Origin: Chiloscyllium plagiosum
Lineage: Eukaryota
Assembly: GCF_004010195.1 (NCBI RefSeq)
Contig: NC_057720.1
Span: 3,381,216 to 3,445,215 of the forward strand
Reading direction: 5' to 3'
Length of the DNA stretch: 64,000 bases
A program made the position numbers and the translations under genes. This document shows, in pieces, positions 63,110 through 64,000 of this stretch. The stretch's first letter is position 1; each line of letters opens with the position of its first letter. Under the pieces are notes generated by a model. That model saw only the letters and a program-made list of their open reading frames with translations. It was not told the DNA's origin and did not search any database.

Positions 63110-64000
63110 AATCAATGCAAGAGGCCAAACAGGGAAGGCAGATGAACTCAGGGCATGGCTAGGAACATGGGACTGGGATATCATGGTAATTACAGAGATG
63201 TGGCTCAGGGATGGACATGACTGGCAGCTTAATGTTCCAGGGTACAAATGCTATAGGAAAGATAGAAAGGGGGACAAGAGAGGAGGAGGTGTCACATTTT
63301 TGATAAGGGATAGCATTACAGCTGTACTTAGAGAGGATATTCCTGAGAATATATGCAGGGATGTTATTTGGGTGGAACTGAGAAATAAGAAAGGGATGAT
63401 CACTTTATTGGTATTGTAAAAAAAAACCCAAATAGTCAGTGGGAAACTGAGAAACAAATTTGTAAGGCGATCTCAGTTATCTGTAAGAATAATAGGATGA
63501 TTATGGTAAGGGATTTTAGCTTTCCAAACGTAGACTGGGACTGCCATAGTGTTAAGAGTTTAGATGGAGATGATTCAGTATGTGGATGTACCTACTAGAG
63601 AAGGTGCAAAACTTGACCTACTCGTAGGAAATAAGGCAGGGCAGGTGACTGAGGTGTCTGTGGGGAGCACTTTGGGGCCAGCGATCATAATTCTATTAGT
63701 TTTAAAATAATGATGGAAAAGGACAGACCAGACTTAAAAGTTGAAGTTTTAAATTGGAGGAAGGCTAATTTTCATGGTATTAGGCAAGAACTTCAAAAGT
63801 TGATTGGGGGCAGATGTTCACAGGTAAAGGGATGGCTGGAAAATTAGATGAGAGTCCAGAGAAAGTATATTCCTGTTAGGGTGAAAGGAAGGCTGGTAAG
63901 TTTTGGGAATGCTGGATATTGAGAGAAATTGAGGGTTTGGTTAAGAAAAGGAGGGAAGCATATGTTAAGTACAGACAGCAGAGATCGGGTGAATCCTTAG
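63110..64000 (+). mobile_element. CR1 ORF2 N-terminal APE endonuclease region (runs off the window)
   Basis: ORF 63081-63419 NARG..KADELRAW...VITEMWL...YRKDR..RGGGV; later DFSFPNVDW, PTREGAKLDL and SDHN motifs. Confidence 0.92.

Overview
This is eukaryotic, repeat-dense, apparently intergenic or intronic DNA with four assembly gaps. The repeat content (CR1 LINEs with (ATGACTCT)n-type tails, HE1/V-SINE-like and Deu-like SINEs) points to a cartilaginous fish, most likely a shark; that assignment is inference. No intact host gene or intact transposon ORF can be supported. The window is a nested stack of decayed CR1, Rex1/Babar, L2-like, RTE, Penelope-like (PLE), Gypsy and L1-like retroelements, several SINEs, one Tigger-type MITE and a ~2.5-kb local duplication. 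The most notable signal is more than 10 copies, in four sequence families, of a minimal type-I hammerhead-ribozyme motif (CTGANGA-N-stemII-GAAA-CG/GC-TH). They lie in short PLE-derived inserts that are often fold-back (head-to-head) and flanked by 10-17 bp target-site duplications. Element boundaries were read by eye and are approximate unless a TSD is quoted; family names come from recalled motifs, not database searches.
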